The translations under genes and the position numbers were made by a program. The notes under the pieces are model-generated. The model was not told where the DNA came from. It ran no database searches and saw only the letters and a program-made list of their open reading frames with translations. A DNA stretch of 64,000 nucleotides from Pseudomonadota bacterium (GTDB lineage: Bacteria; Pseudomonadota; Gammaproteobacteria; Steroidobacterales; Steroidobacteraceae): NCBI GenBank assembly GCA_039800965.1, contig JBDLPS010000221.1, positions 5,877-69,876 of the forward strand, written 5' to 3'. Every line of letters begins with the position of its first letter. Within the stretch, counting starts at the first letter, position 1. Shown here in pieces: positions 11,857-22,967 of this stretch.

Positions 11857-13533
11857 ATGACAACCCGTTCCTGGTCGATTTTCCGCACCGTGTGGAGTGA
11901 CGCTGCGTTCGGCGTCGACGCCCGCATCATACGGTGTGTCGCGGGGCTCGCCCTTGTCCTGCTCGTTGCCGGCTGCGGCGGGGGCGGGACCGGGGGCAGC
12001 GCGGCCGCAGGCACTGGCGGTACCGGCGGCGCGGGAAATTCGGGGAGTTCCGGCAGCACCACGACGTCGGGCATCACTTATACGCCGGGCTTGTTCCTGC
12101 CGTATTCGACCTTCGCGGCGCAGTGTGCTTCACCACGCAGTGGTATCGACCCGCAGACCGGGTTGGCGTTCCCGGATCGTGCCGGCAGCGTGGTGGCGGA
12201 AAACCACTGGCTGCGCGCCTGGACCCACGATCTCTACCTGTGGTTCGACGAGGTGCCCGACCGCGATCCAGGCGCGACGTCGGCGGTGGCGGCTTATTTC
12301 GAGTTGCAGAAGACGACGTCGCTGCTCGCTTCAGGGCAGGCCAAGGATCGTTTCCACTTCACCTATCCCACCGCGGACTGGGTGTCGTGGTCGCAGTCCG
12401 GTGTCGACGCCGGTTACGGCATCACCTGGGGAGTGGTCGCGGCTACACCGCCGCGGCGAATCGTCGTGCAGTACACCGAGCCGGATACGCCCGCAGGCTG
12501 GGTGTCCGTCGGCCGTGGTGCGGAAGTCCTGTTCGTGGACGGCGTTGACGTCGTGAACGACAACACCACGGCGGGGGTCGCCAGGATCAACGCGGGGCTC
12601 TTCCCCGCGCGCGTGGGTGAATCGCATTCGATCACCTTGCGGCCGCGGGGCGCGGGGACCAGCTCCACCTACACGTGGATGGCGCAGGCCATCACGCACA
12701 ACCCGGTGCCGGTGGTCCGCGCCGTGGATACCGCTGGCGGGCGCATCGGCTACCTGCTGTTCAACGACCATCTCGCCACCGCCGAAAAGGCACTGGTGGA
12801 TGCGGTGAACCAGCTCAAGGCCGCATCCATCCAGGACCTCGTCCTGGACCTTCGCTACAACGGTGGCGGGTACCTCGACATCGCCAACGAGCTGGCCTAC
12901 ATGGTCGCCGGCCCCTCGCAGACGGCGGGCCGTACCTTCGAGCGCATCCAGTTCAACAGCCAGCATCCCGTCACGGATCCGGTCACCGGCAAGGCCATCG
13001 TGCCCGATCCCTTCCTTTCCACGACACAGGGGTTCGGGGCGCTTCCCGCAGGCCAGTCCTTGCCGACCCTGGGTCTGTCGCGGCTCTACGTGCTGACGTC
13101 ACCCGACACCTGCTCGGCCAGCGAGTCCGTCATCAACGCCTTGCGCGGCATCGGGGTGCAGGTGGTTCAGGTCGGTGGAAACACCTGTGGCAAGCCCTAC
13201 GGTTTCTACCCGGCCGACAACTGCGGCACGACCTACTTCTCGATCCAGTTCCGCGGCGTGAACGACGCCGGGTTCGGCGACTATCCGGAAGGATTTTCGG
13301 CGACGCGCAAGACGGGCGCCGTGCAGGCAAACCTGCCTGGTTGCGGCACGCCGGATGATCTGGGGCATGAGCTTGGCGACGTGGCGGAAGGCCAGTTCGC
13401 CGCGGCGCTGGCCTATCGCAGCGGCGCGGCCTGTCCTGCTGTCGTCGCCGGTTCACAGGCGGCGACGCTGCCTGGCGGTCTCGCCGTGAGGGCGGGCCGC
13501 CAGCCGTGGCGCCAGAACCGCATCCTGCGCTAG
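11857..13533 (+). CDS. S41-family (C-terminal processing-type) peptidase lipoprotein
   Basis: Lipobox LLVAGC is followed by a Gly/Ser/Thr-rich linker. S41-like segments are DLRYNGGGYLDIANELAYMV and SPDTCSASESVINALRG...GNTCGKPYGF. The start is uncertain (11752, 11839 or 11857). Confidence 0.75.
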   Translation: MTTRSWSIFRTVWSDAAFGVDARIIRCVAGLALVLLVAGCGGGGTGGSAAAGTGGTGGAGNSGSSGSTTTSGITYTPGLFLPYSTFAAQCASPRSGIDPQTGLAFPDRAGSVVAENHWLRAWTHDLYLWFDEVPDRDPGATSAVAAYFELQKTTSLLASGQAKDRFHFTYPTADWVSWSQSGVDAGYGITWGVVAATPPRRIVVQYTEPDTPAGWVSVGRGAEVLFVDGVDVVNDNTTAGVARINAGLFPARVGESHSITLRPRGAGTSSTYTWMAQAITHNPVPVVRAVDTAGGRIGYLLFNDHLATAEKALVDAVNQLKAASIQDLVLDLRYNGGGYLDIANELAYMVAGPSQTAGRTFERIQFNSQHPVTDPVTGKAIVPDPFLSTTQGFGALPAGQSLPTLGLSRLYVLTSPDTCSASESVINALRGIGVQVVQVGGNTCGKPYGFYPADNCGTTYFSIQFRGVNDAGFGDYPEGFSATRKTGAVQANLPGCGTPDDLGHELGDVAEGQFAAALAYRSGAACPAVVAGSQAATLPGGLAVRAGRQPWRQNRILR

Positions 13534-14546
13534 GGGTTGATGCTGACGACGACCTTGCCGAAGTGCTTGCCGCCGAGGAAATGTCCGCAGGCCTGTGGCA
13601 GTTCCTCGAAGGCGAACACGCTGTCCACCACGGGGCGGATGCCGGCCACTTCGACGAAGCGCGCCAGTTCCTCGTGCATCTGCCGGCTGCCGACATAGAT
13701 GCCCTGCAGCCGTACGCTGCTGGCGATGAGGCTCATCGGCTCGATCGCCGCACCCGGCCCGCTCACGGCGCCGATCACCGCCACCGTGCCGCCCAGGCGC
13801 GTCGAGGAGATCGACTTCATGATCGTCTGCGAGCCGCCGACCTCGACCACCAGGTCCGCGCCCACGCCGCCGGTGAGCCGCTGCACTTCGTTGTCCCAGT
13901 CCGGCGTCGTCTTGTAATTGATCGTGTCGTCAGCACCCAGCGAACGGGCACGGGCGAGCTTCTCGTCGCTGGACGAGGTGATGATGACCCGCGCGCCGGC
14001 AGCCTTCGCGAGCTGCAGCGCCCAGATCGAAACGCCGCCCGTGCCCAGCAGCACGACGGTTTCGCCGGGCTTGATCTGGCCGGCGACGAACAGCGCGTGC
14101 CACGCCGTCACGCCTGCGCAGGGCAGGGTGGAGGCCTGCGCGAAATCCAGATGCGCGGGGCTTTTCACCAGCGCGTGCTCGCCCAGCACGATTTCCTGCG
14201 ACAGCACGCCGGTGCCGCCGCCGCCGAGCGCGGTGGACATCTTGGCGCGCGTTGCGCGGCCCTCGACCCAGTCGGGGAAGAAGCTGGTGGCGACCCGGTC
14301 GCCGACCTTGAAACGCGTGACGGCGCTGCCGATTTCCACGATCTCGCCGGCCGCATCGGAGCCGAGCACCAGCGGGTCCTTGCCGGCGAGCGGGTACCAG
14401 CCGTTGACGATCATCATGTCGCGGAAGTTCAGCGCCGCGGCCAGCGGCCGGAGGCGCACGTCCTGGGGCCCGAGGGCGCGCGGTGTTTCTTCGGCCAGCG
14501 TCAGGCCCGCAAGCTGTGCCCCTGCAACGATCCGCCATGCTTTCAT
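13530..14546 (-). CDS. Zn-dependent / NADPH:quinone oxidoreductase-like MDR dehydrogenase
   Basis: Starts MKAWRIVAGAQ at ATG 14546. GSDAAGEIVEIGSAVTRFKVGDRV (GroES-like) and a Rossmann segment GETVVLLGTGGVSIWALQLAKAAGARVI are present. The longer 608-aa track ORF is an upstream run-on. Confidence 0.85.
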   Translation of the reverse strand: MKAWRIVAGAQLAGLTLAEETPRALGPQDVRLRPLAAALNFRDMMIVNGWYPLAGKDPLVLGSDAAGEIVEIGSAVTRFKVGDRVATSFFPDWVEGRATRAKMSTALGGGGTGVLSQEIVLGEHALVKSPAHLDFAQASTLPCAGVTAWHALFVAGQIKPGETVVLLGTGGVSIWALQLAKAAGARVIITSSSDEKLARARSLGADDTINYKTTPDWDNEVQRLTGGVGADLVVEVGGSQTIMKSISSTRLGGTVAVIGAVSGPGAAIEPMSLIASSVRLQGIYVGSRQMHEELARFVEVAGIRPVVDSVFAFEELPQACGHFLGGKHFGKVVVSINP

Positions 14547-14582
14547 GCTCGATGCTCCATCCAGTCGGTAAAGTGCGCGCCA

Positions 14583-15458
14583 ATGGTCTACCTGATCGAT
14601 GCCTCCGTCTACGTCTTCCGCGCCTATTACGCGACGCCGCCCGACTTCGTGGATCCGGACGGAAACCCGGTCCACGCGGTCTATGGCTTTGCGCGATTCC
14701 TCGCGGACCTGCTCGCCCGCGCAAAGCCCGAATACGTCGGCGTCGCCTTCGATGGCGCGCTGGCCACGTCCTTCCGCAACCGCATCTATCCGGCGTACAA
14801 GGCTAACCGCGAGCCCGCGCCGGCGGAGCTGCTGCTGCAATTCGAGCGATGCCGCCAGTTCTGCCACCACCTGGGCCTCGCATGGTTCACGAGCACCGAG
14901 TACGAGGCCGATGATCTGGTCGGCACGCTCGTGCACCGTGCGCGGGCGGAGGGCCTGCGCACGACGGTGGTCACCCGCGACAAGGACTTCGCGCAGCTGA
15001 TCGGGCCAGGCGACGTGTACTGGGATTTCGCGGCCGATGCGCGCTATCTCCACCGCGACATCGAGGATCGTTTCGGCGTGGCGCCGGAGCGTTATGCCGA
15101 CTACCTGGCGCTCACTGGGGACGCCGTCGACAACATCCCCGGTGTGCCGGGCATCGGTCCCAAGACGGCCGCCGTGCTGATGAAGGCCTTCGCTTCGCTC
15201 GACGAACTGTATGCGGGCCTCGATCGCGTTGCCGACCTGCCGCTGCGCGGTGCCGCAGGCCTGGGCGCGAAGCTCGCGCAGCACCGGGAAGCGGCTTACC
15301 TCGCTCGCGAGCTCACGCGCATCCATTGCGAGGTGCCGCTCGACGTCGATCGCCACGACCTGCGCCGGCGCCCGCAGGACCGGGAGGGCATGGAGCGGTT
15401 CTTCGACACCCAGGGTTTCGGCACCCTGCTGCGCAGGCAGGTGGAGCGGCTAGGATAG
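14583..15458 (+). CDS. 5'-3' exonuclease / flap endonuclease (Pol I N-terminal-like)
   Basis: Starts [17 protein letters not shown] at ATG 14583. TRDKDFAQL and an H3TH segment [24 protein letters not shown] are present. The 650-aa track ORF is a run-on antisense to the oxidoreductase. Confidence 0.85.
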   Translation: MVYLIDASVYVFRAYYATPPDFVDPDGNPVHAVYGFARFLADLLARAKPEYVGVAFDGALATSFRNRIYPAYKANREPAPAELLLQFERCRQFCHHLGLAWFTSTEYEADDLVGTLVHRARAEGLRTTVVTRDKDFAQLIGPGDVYWDFAADARYLHRDIEDRFGVAPERYADYLALTGDAVDNIPGVPGIGPKTAAVLMKAFASLDELYAGLDRVADLPLRGAAGLGAKLAQHREAAYLARELTRIHCEVPLDVDRHDLRRRPQDREGMERFFDTQGFGTLLRRQVERLG

Positions 15459-15484
15459 GCGGGTCATCCCACGGGGGCTCTTCA

Positions 15485-17443
15485 ATGTCCAGTCCGAGTC
15501 TCGAATCCGTCCTGCAGGAGAATCGTCTCTTCCCGCCTTCGACCCGTTTCGCGGAGGCGGCGGGCCTGGACAGTGCCCGCCTCGAGTCGCTGCATGCGGC
15601 GGCGGCACGCGATCCGGTCGGATTCTGGGGCGACCAGGCGCGCGAGGCGCTTCGTTGGCACAGGCCTTTCACCGAGGTGCTGGATGAATCGGAGGCACCG
15701 AACTACCGCTGGTTCGGGGACGGCCAGCTGAATGTCTCGGTGAACTGCCTGGACGTGCATCTGGAATCACGGGCCGACAAGACGGCGATCATCTTCGAGT
15801 CCGAGCCCGGCGATGTCCGACGCCTCAGCTACCGGGAATTGCATGCCGAGGTCTGCCGCTTCGCCAACGGGCTGAAGTCCCTCGGTGTGCAGGCGGGCGA
15901 CAGGGTCGTGATCTACCTGCCGCTGGTGCCCGAGGCGATCGTCGCGATGCAGGCCTGCGCGCGCATCGGCGCGATCCATTCCGTCGTGTTCGGCGGCTTC
16001 TCGGCGTTGTCCCTCCGCGACCGCATCGAGGACGCCGGCGCCCGCGTTGTCATTACCGCCGACGGTGGCCTGCGCGGTGGAAACGTCGTCGAACTGAAGG
16101 TCGCGGCCGACAAGGCCCTGTCTGAAGGCTGCACGAGCATCGAGAAGGTCGTGGTGCTGCGACATACCGCCCGCGACGTGCCGATGACGGCAGGGCGCGA
16201 CGTCTGGTGGCAGGACCTCGTGCAGGGCCACCCCGAGCATTGCGAGCCGGCCTGGGTCGATGCGGAGCACCCCTTGTTCCTGCTCTACACATCCGGTTCC
16301 ACGGGCAAACCCAAGGGCATCCAGCACTCCAGTGCGGGCTACCTGCTGGGGGCGAAGCTCAGCACCCAGTGGGTCTTCGACCTCAAGGACGACGATGTCT
16401 TCTGGTGCACGGCAGATGTGGGCTGGATCACCGGCCACAGCTACGTCGCCTATGGACCGCTCGCCAACGGCGCAACGATCGTGCTTTACGAGGGCGGCCC
16501 GACCTGGCCGGATGCCGGACGCTTCTGGCGCATCATCCAGGACCACCGCGTTTCCATCTTCTATACGGCTCCGACGGCGCTGCGCGCGCTGATGAAGCTC
16601 GGCGATGACATTCCGGAATCCCATGACCTTTCGTCGTTGCGCCTGCTGGGCAGCGTCGGCGAACCGATCAATCCGGAAGCCTGGATGTGGTACCACACCG
16701 TGATCGGCAAGGGCCGTTGCCCGATCGTCGATACCTGGTGGCAGACGGAAACCGGTGCGATCCTGATTTCGCCGGTACCGGGCGCCATGGCGACCAAGCC
16801 CGGCTCCTGCACGCGACCGCTGCCTGGCATCTTCGCCGACATCGTCGATGACGAAGGCAATGCCGTCACGAACGCGGATGCGGGTGGCTATCTCGTGGTT
16901 CGGCGGCCATGGCCTTCGATGCTGCGCACGATCTGGAACGACAACGAGCGTTACGTCAGCACCTACTGGTCGAAGTTCCAGAACCGTTATTACGTCGCCG
17001 GCGACAGCGCACACCGTGATGCCGATGGCTATTACTGGATCATGGGCCGCATCGACGACGTGCTGAACGTGTCCGGCCACCGTCTGGGCACCATGGAAGT
17101 CGAGTCCGCGCTGGTTGCCCACCACCGCGTGGCCGAAGCCGCTGTCGTGGGCAAACCGCATCCGGTGAAGGGTGAGGCAGTGTTCGCCTACGTCGTCTGC
17201 CGCGGTGAACGCCCGACGGGCGACACGCGCGCGTTCGTCGAGGAACTGCGTCGGTGGGTCGGTGAGCAGATCGGCGCCATCGCCAAGCCCGACGAGATCC
17301 GCTTCGCGGACAACCTGCCCAAGACGCGCTCCGGCAAGATCATGCGGCGCCTGCTGCGCACGATCGCGCGTGACGAAGAGATCACGCAGGACATCTCGAC
17401 GCTCGAGAACCCGGCCATCGTTGATCAGCTCAGGGGAAAGTGA
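15485..17443 (+). CDS. acs: Acetyl-CoA synthetase (AMP-forming)
   Basis: Starts [19 protein letters not shown] at ATG 15485. AMP-binding motif is [11 protein letters not shown]. Also [32 protein letters not shown] and a C-terminal [14 protein letters not shown]. Confidence 0.95.
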   Translation: MSSPSLESVLQENRLFPPSTRFAEAAGLDSARLESLHAAAARDPVGFWGDQAREALRWHRPFTEVLDESEAPNYRWFGDGQLNVSVNCLDVHLESRADKTAIIFESEPGDVRRLSYRELHAEVCRFANGLKSLGVQAGDRVVIYLPLVPEAIVAMQACARIGAIHSVVFGGFSALSLRDRIEDAGARVVITADGGLRGGNVVELKVAADKALSEGCTSIEKVVVLRHTARDVPMTAGRDVWWQDLVQGHPEHCEPAWVDAEHPLFLLYTSGSTGKPKGIQHSSAGYLLGAKLSTQWVFDLKDDDVFWCTADVGWITGHSYVAYGPLANGATIVLYEGGPTWPDAGRFWRIIQDHRVSIFYTAPTALRALMKLGDDIPESHDLSSLRLLGSVGEPINPEAWMWYHTVIGKGRCPIVDTWWQTETGAILISPVPGAMATKPGSCTRPLPGIFADIVDDEGNAVTNADAGGYLVVRRPWPSMLRTIWNDNERYVSTYWSKFQNRYYVAGDSAHRDADGYYWIMGRIDDVLNVSGHRLGTMEVESALVAHHRVAEAAVVGKPHPVKGEAVFAYVVCRGERPTGDTRAFVEELRRWVGEQIGAIAKPDEIRFADNLPKTRSGKIMRRLLRTIARDEEITQDISTLENPAIVDQLRGK

Positions 17444-17444
17444 G

Positions 17445-17912
17445 ATGAAAAAGAGGGAATTGTTTCGAGGTGCCCTGTTGCTGGGGGCAGGATTGATTGC
17501 ACGCGTTCCGGGAGCCGAAGCGGCCATGTCGCGCGGCGAAACAACGATCGGAATCATCAAGGCGTTTTTCGTCGCCTATACGCGTCGGGATATCGAAGCC
17601 TGCATGGCCTGCTTCGACAGCGGGCCGGAGATATTCGCGTTTGGTTCCGGGCCGGGCGAGAAGCGCTCGGGCAGCGAGGCAATCCGACAGCAGTTGCTGG
17701 CGGACTGGGCGCAGACGAAGGAAGCGCGTCTCGCCGATACCTGGCTTGAGGTGCATCGCGACGCGGCCGTCAGCTGGGTTGCCAGTGACGTCGCGGTGCA
17801 TGTGGTGACCGCCGAAGGCGCGCAGGATCTCGCCGCCCGGGCGACCTTCGTCCTGCGCCGACGCGCGAGCAGATGGCGCATCGTGCAGATGCATTTCTCG
17901 CTGCCGGTCTGA
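17445..17912 (+). CDS. NTF2/SnoaL-like (DUF4440-like) exported protein
   Basis: ATG 17445 lies 2 nt after the acs stop. A signal-like N-terminus ([26 protein letters not shown]) precedes a small alpha+beta cone-type sequence ending [12 protein letters not shown]. Confidence 0.6.
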   Translation: MKKRELFRGALLLGAGLIARVPGAEAAMSRGETTIGIIKAFFVAYTRRDIEACMACFDSGPEIFAFGSGPGEKRSGSEAIRQQLLADWAQTKEARLADTWLEVHRDAAVSWVASDVAVHVVTAEGAQDLAARATFVLRRRASRWRIVQMHFSLPV

Positions 17913-19183
17913 TGCGCGCCTTCCGCTCGCTCTACGTCCAGGTGCTGCTGGCGATCCTCGTCGGCGTGCTGGTCGGCCACTACGCGCCGGAGCAGGCGGT
18001 CGCGCTCAAGCCGCTGGGCGATGCCTTTGTCAAGCTGATCAAGATGTCGATCGCGCCGGTCATCTTCTGCACCGTCACGCTCGGCATCGCCGGCATGGAG
18101 GACCTCAAGAGCGTCGGCCGTACGGGCCTGTACGCGCTGGGCTACTTCGAGGCCGTGACGACGCTCGCGCTGGTCGTCGGCCTGTGCATCGTGAACTGGG
18201 TCGCGCCCGGCGTCGGCATGCATGTCGATCCGGCATCGCTTGATCCGTCGCGCATCGGGCAGTACGTCGAGAAGGCCGGTCATCAGGGCATCGTGTCCTT
18301 CCTGATGGACATCATCCCGGTGACCATCTTCGATGCTTTCGCGCGGGGCGACGTGCTGCAGATCCTGTTCGTCGCGCTGCTCTGCGGCTTCGCCCTGCAT
18401 CTGGCCGCCGGGCGGGCCCGCGTGCTGCGCGAGGCCATCGAGGGCCTGAACCACGTGGTGTTCGGCATCGTGGGATTCATCATGAAGCTCGCACCTTTCG
18501 GCGCGCTGGGTGCGATGGCCTTCACCATCGGCTCGCAAGGCATCGTCGCACTGATGCCGCTCGCCGGGCTGATGCTCTGCTTTTACGCGACCTGCCTCGT
18601 GTTCGTGTTCGGCGTGCTGGGCATCGTGGCGCGCCTGCACGGCTTCCGCATCCTGCCCCTGTTGCGCTACATCAAGGACGAGCTGCTCATCGTGCTTGGC
18701 ACGTCTTCCTCGGAAAGCGTGCTGCCCCGGCTCATGGCCAAGCTCGAAGCGCTCGGTTGCCGTCGTTCCACGGTGGGCCTTGTCGTGCCCGCAGGCTATT
18801 CGTTCAACCTGGACGGCACCTGCATCTATCTCACGATGGCGGCGGTATTCCTCGCGCAGGCCACGGACACGCCGATGACGCTGGGGCAGCAGCTGGTGAT
18901 GCTGGCCGTGCTGTTGCTGACTTCCAAGGGAGCCGCCGGGGTGACCGGCAGCGGCTTCATCGTGCTGGCGGGGACCTTGGCTGCCGTGCAAGGCCCCCCC
19001 GTCGCGGCCCTTGCGCTGATCCTCGGCATCGACCGTTTCATGTCCGAGGCCCGTGCCCTCACGAACCTCGTCGGCAATGCCGTGGCGACGCTGGTCGTGG
19101 CGCGGTGGACGGGCTCGCTGGAGCCCGTCCCCGGCCACGCCGTTTTCAGGGCTTCAGGCCCAGTTCCGCCGCAAGCGACGTAG
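17912..19183 (+). CDS. dctA: C4-dicarboxylate/cation symporter (DAACS family)
   Basis: Starts [23 protein letters not shown] at ATG 17912, overlapping the previous stop. SSSESVLP and YSFNLDGT motifs are typical of DctA/GltP. Confidence 0.9.
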   Translation: MRAFRSLYVQVLLAILVGVLVGHYAPEQAVALKPLGDAFVKLIKMSIAPVIFCTVTLGIAGMEDLKSVGRTGLYALGYFEAVTTLALVVGLCIVNWVAPGVGMHVDPASLDPSRIGQYVEKAGHQGIVSFLMDIIPVTIFDAFARGDVLQILFVALLCGFALHLAAGRARVLREAIEGLNHVVFGIVGFIMKLAPFGALGAMAFTIGSQGIVALMPLAGLMLCFYATCLVFVFGVLGIVARLHGFRILPLLRYIKDELLIVLGTSSSESVLPRLMAKLEALGCRRSTVGLVVPAGYSFNLDGTCIYLTMAAVFLAQATDTPMTLGQQLVMLAVLLLTSKGAAGVTGSGFIVLAGTLAAVQGPPVAALALILGIDRFMSEARALTNLVGNAVATLVVARWTGSLEPVPGHAVFRASGPVPPQAT

Positions 19184-21233
19184 CGCCGTACACCTGGGTG
19201 AGCGCCGTGCGGATGATCGCCGGATGCACCGCGACCGCGCGGTTCTTCGCGGTGTCGAACCAGTACGAGCCCGAGATCGAGTGGATGTTGCCGTCGAACA
19301 TCAGGCCCACGATCTCGCCCTTGGCATTGATGAGGGCGCTGCCCGAGTTGCCGCCGACGATGTCGTTCGTGGTCGACAGGTTGAACGGCGTCTGCATGTC
19401 CAGCTGGCCGCGTACCTTCTGCCAGCTGTCCGGCACGCGGAAAGGCTCTGCACCGGTGGAGCGCTCGAACAGACGGCCAAGGCGCGTGTAGGGCGCGACC
19501 ATCTGGCCGTTTTCACGCCAGCCCTGCACCGTGCCGAAGTTCAGCCGCAGCGTGAAGGTGGCGTCCGGTGCCACGCTGGTGCCATAGGCCTTGAAACGGG
19601 CGGAGGCGATTTTCTCCGACGCCGCATCGACCGGCGATTCGACCTCGTCCTCGTACTGGCGGCGGATCGAACGTGCCTGGGCATCGACGAGCACCGCGAT
19701 GCGGATCATCGGATCCTTCGATGCGGCGATGGCGGCCGCGCCGCCTTCCCACAGCGCACGCCGCACCGCCGGGTCGCCCAGCTTCGAACCGTCCACCAGT
19801 TCCGCCGCCAGCTGCTCCGGCGAGGCTTCCTTAAGCAGGTTCGCGACCAGCGGATGGTCGGGGCCAAGGAACTCCCGCATGCGCATCAGGCCCATCGAGA
19901 GCGTGAGCTTCTCGCGTTCCGGATACACCGGAACGGACGCGAACAGCCGCTGCTGCATCTGCGGCAGGGCCGAATCGGTGAACTCACGCAGGCGGTCTTC
20001 GTTCGGCTTCGTCCGTTCCGCTGCCGCACGCACCAGCCGGCGGGCATGCGTGAACAGGGCGCTATTGAAACCCGCGCCAGACTCGATGAAGGTGTAGGGA
20101 AGTTCCAGCTCGCGGCCCCGCGCCTCGGCCTTGGCGATGACCGACCACGGATCGTTGGCTCCGCCGAGACCGGCGCGCTTGCGCAGCGCCGACTCGTCCG
20201 CAGCCTTCTTTGACATCAGTGCCGGGTCCAGCAAGGCGTCCAGCTGTTTGCGGCGGACCTTGATGCTGTTCTCGAGCGAGGTCAGCGGGTCGGCCACGAT
20301 CCGCGCGGCTTCGCCGCCGGCCTGGCCGTGCTCGATGTAACGGCCGCGCAGTTCGGCGGCGCGCAGCAGCCAGAACGGCAGGGATTGCCTCAGGCCCTCG
20401 AGCTGCGCGACGGTCAGCAGGCGGTTGGTCGAGCCGGGGTGGCCCGAGACGAACACCGGTTCGTTCTCGAGTGGGCCATTCCAGTTCACCGGCAGGTGGT
20501 TGGGCGTCCTGGCCGGTTTGCCGTCCTCGTAGGCCCGCAGCACGCTCATGTCGAGGCACCAGCGCGGGAACTGGAAGTTGTCCGGGTCGCCGCCGTAGGC
20601 CGCGATGCCTTCCTCCGGCGCGAACACCAGGCGCACGTCGCTGTAGCGCTTGTACCGGTACAGGAAGTACTGGCCGCCCTCGTACAGCTTGACCGATTCA
20701 CAGCGCCGCGGATCCTGCTTGCCGGCGGCCTGTTCGCAGGCCTGCTCGAGCTGGGTCAGCGCCTTCTTGCGCGCCTTGCCCGCGGCTTCTGCATCCATGC
20801 CCTTCGTTGCCGCCGCGACCTTGGCCGTGATGTCCTCGATGTCGGTCAGCACGTCTGCGTACTGCGTCGGGCAGCGCACCTCTTCCTCGCGGTTGCGCGC
20901 AAGGTAGCCGTTCTTGAGGCGATCCTGCTGCGGCGAGGAGATTTCGGCCAGGCACTGCGCGGAGCAGTGGTGGTTCGTCAGGATCAGTCCTTCCCCCGAC
21001 ACGAACGAGGCCGTGCAGTTGGACAGGCGGATCGTCGAGAGACGGGCGTGCTGCAGCCAGGCCGGCGTGATGTCCGCGCCGTACCGCTGCTTGACCACTG
21101 ACGACGGGAAGTTGTCGTAGGTCCACATGCCTTCGTCAGCGACGGCAGGCGGGGTGCCCAGCAGCGGTACCGCCACGGCGGACAGGAGCGCCAGCATCAG
21201 GCGCGTGGCAAAAGGTCGAAGGGTCATGTCCAT
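19146..21233 (-). CDS. S46-family dipeptidyl-peptidase (DPP7/DPP11-like), secreted
   Basis: A signal peptide precedes [11 protein letters not shown]. The catalytic His context is GLILTNHHC. The C-terminal Ser context is [23 protein letters not shown]. Confidence 0.85.
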   Translation of the reverse strand: MDMTLRPFATRLMLALLSAVAVPLLGTPPAVADEGMWTYDNFPSSVVKQRYGADITPAWLQHARLSTIRLSNCTASFVSGEGLILTNHHCSAQCLAEISSPQQDRLKNGYLARNREEEVRCPTQYADVLTDIEDITAKVAAATKGMDAEAAGKARKKALTQLEQACEQAAGKQDPRRCESVKLYEGGQYFLYRYKRYSDVRLVFAPEEGIAAYGGDPDNFQFPRWCLDMSVLRAYEDGKPARTPNHLPVNWNGPLENEPVFVSGHPGSTNRLLTVAQLEGLRQSLPFWLLRAAELRGRYIEHGQAGGEAARIVADPLTSLENSIKVRRKQLDALLDPALMSKKAADESALRKRAGLGGANDPWSVIAKAEARGRELELPYTFIESGAGFNSALFTHARRLVRAAAERTKPNEDRLREFTDSALPQMQQRLFASVPVYPEREKLTLSMGLMRMREFLGPDHPLVANLLKEASPEQLAAELVDGSKLGDPAVRRALWEGGAAAIAASKDPMIRIAVLVDAQARSIRRQYEDEVESPVDAASEKIASARFKAYGTSVAPDATFTLRLNFGTVQGWRENGQMVAPYTRLGRLFERSTGAEPFRVPDSWQKVRGQLDMQTPFNLSTTNDIVGGNSGSALINAKGEIVGLMFDGNIHSISGSYWFDTAKNRAVAVHPAIIRTALTQVYGATSLAAELGLKP

Positions 21234-21285
21234 TGTCTCCCTGGGGATCGGATCAAGCGGCCGTTTTTAGCGAATGCGGGTCTGT

Positions 21286-22302
21286 TCAGGCAAGCCTGCG
21301 CGGCACCTGCGCGGCGAGGACCTCGACGTGGGCGGGGCCATCGTTCAGCGCGGGGATGTAGCGCAGCGTCCCGCCGCCCGACTGGTGGAAGGTCTCCGCG
21401 GCCTCGACTCCCATCTCGTCGATGGTCTCGAGGCAGTCGATGGCGAAGCCCGGGCAGACCACGTCGAGGTGCTTCACCCCGCGGGCGCCCAGTTGCCGGA
21501 CGGTTTCCTCGGTGTACGGGCCCAGCCATTTCGCGCGACCTACGCGGGACTGGAAGCTCAGGGACCAGTCTTCGTCCCGCAGGCCGAGGCGCGCGGCGAT
21601 CGCCGTGGCGGTCGCAAGGCATTTGCGCCCGTAGGGGTCGCCGTCGGTGACGTAGCTTTCCGGTATGCCGTGGAAGGAGAACAGCAGGTGCTCCCCGGCC
21701 CCCTGTGTCGCACGCCAGGCGGCGATGCTGTCGGACACCGCCGCGACGTAGGTCGGGTCGATGGCATAGTCGAGCACGTAGTGCAGTTCCGGCAGGTAGC
21801 GCCAGTCGCGCAGCGCGATTCCCACCTGGTCGTAGGTGGCGGCCGTTGTGGTGCCGGAGTACTGCGGAAAGAGAGGCAGCACGATGATCTTCTGCGCGCC
21901 GCGCTCGCGCAGCCGCGCGAGGCCCGCGGCCACGTCGGGACTCGAATACAGCATGCCGAGTTCCACGGCCACCGTCTCGCCTTCCCGTTCGGACAGCCGC
22001 GTTTCCAGCGCGGTGCGCAGACGGGCGGATATCACAGCCAGCGGCGAGCCCTCTGGAGTCCAGACGCGCCGGTATTTCGGGACGACGCCGATGGGCCGGA
22101 GCGGCAGGATGATGAAGTAGAGGATCCAGCACCAGATCGCGCGCGGGACTTCGATCGTCCGCCGGTCGCGCAGCAGTCGGCGCAGGAAGCGCCGCACGCC
22201 GGCCGGGGTCAGTGAATCCGGCGTGCCGGAGTTGACCAGCAATACACCGAGGCGGTACGGGCCGTTGTCCTGGTAGGCGGGGGAGGGCGAATACGTTGGC
22301 AT
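21286..22302 (-). CDS. hemH: Ferrochelatase
   Basis: Starts MPTYSPSPAYQDNGPYRLGVLLVNSGTPDS at ATG 22302. LLFSFHGIPE and VCPGFAIDCLETIDE are present. The 433-aa track ORF is an in-frame extension. Confidence 0.92.
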   Translation of the reverse strand: MPTYSPSPAYQDNGPYRLGVLLVNSGTPDSLTPAGVRRFLRRLLRDRRTIEVPRAIWCWILYFIILPLRPIGVVPKYRRVWTPEGSPLAVISARLRTALETRLSEREGETVAVELGMLYSSPDVAAGLARLRERGAQKIIVLPLFPQYSGTTTAATYDQVGIALRDWRYLPELHYVLDYAIDPTYVAAVSDSIAAWRATQGAGEHLLFSFHGIPESYVTDGDPYGRKCLATATAIAARLGLRDEDWSLSFQSRVGRAKWLGPYTEETVRQLGARGVKHLDVVCPGFAIDCLETIDEMGVEAAETFHQSGGGTLRYIPALNDGPAHVEVLAAQVPRRLA

Positions 22303-22967
22303 CAGTCCAGGTGCTCCGCGAGGAATTCCAGCGTTCGACGGCCGGCAAGCGCCGCGCAGTCGGCGTCGAACGCCGCGCGGTGGTCGCAATTGAAGCCATG
22401 GTCCGCCGGGTACAGGTGATAGTGGCCTTCCGGATGGGCGGCGCGGATGCGGCCGATCGACTCGGCAGGGATCGACGCGTCGCGCTCGCCGAAATGGTAG
22501 AGCACCGGCACCACCGGCCGATGCTCGAGGTTGGCGGCGATGCTGGTGCCGTAATAGGCCACTGCGCAGGCGATGGACGGGTTGCACGCCGCCAGGTAGG
22601 CCTGGGTGCCGCCCCAGCAGTAGCCCACGGCGCCAACGCGTCCGGCGTGTTTCACCACGGCGATGCTCGCCGCGATGTCCAGCGACACTTTCGGCTGCGG
22701 CAACTGCTTCATGTAGCCGCGGCCTTCCTCGATTTCTTCGGGCGAATAGCCCAGCGCGATGTCGCGGCGTATGCGGTCGAACAGGGCTGGCGCGATGGCG
22801 AGGTAGCCTGCGGCTGCAAAACTTTCCGTGACCGAGCGGATATGCGCGTTCACGCCGAAGATTTCCTGCAGCACGACGACGGCGCCCCGCGCCGCGCCCT
22901 GCGGGGCGGCAAGCCAGGCGTTGAACTCATGCCCGTCGCGGGCCATCAGGCGCGTCCAGTCAGCCAT
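22302..22967 (-). CDS. Dienelactone hydrolase family protein
   Basis: 221 aa with VVVLQEIFGVNAHIR. The nucleophile elbow GYCWGG is a Cys-type G-x-C-x-G, as in DLH. The C-terminal His context is YPADHGF. Confidence 0.85.
   Translation of the reverse strand: MADWTRLMARDGHEFNAWLAAPQGAARGAVVVLQEIFGVNAHIRSVTESFAAAGYLAIAPALFDRIRRDIALGYSPEEIEEGRGYMKQLPQPKVSLDIAASIAVVKHAGRVGAVGYCWGGTQAYLAACNPSIACAVAYYGTSIAANLEHRPVVPVLYHFGERDASIPAESIGRIRAAHPEGHYHLYPADHGFNCDHRAAFDADCAALAGRRTLEFLAEHLD

Noticed and set aside
13506-15458. Track ORFs that fuse a real gene to a long upstream in-frame extension. These are 13506-15458(+), 13530-15356(-), 15326-17443(+), 17172-17912(+), 21286-22587(-), 25901-28123(-), 3786-5447(+), 45938-48286(+), 50366-53113(+) and 54659-61351(+).
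   Set aside because: The extensions overlap neighbouring bona fide genes and have junk-like composition. Each contains an internal start that reproduces the normal N-terminus of the family, often with an RBS or stop/start coupling. Trimmed coordinates are reported instead.
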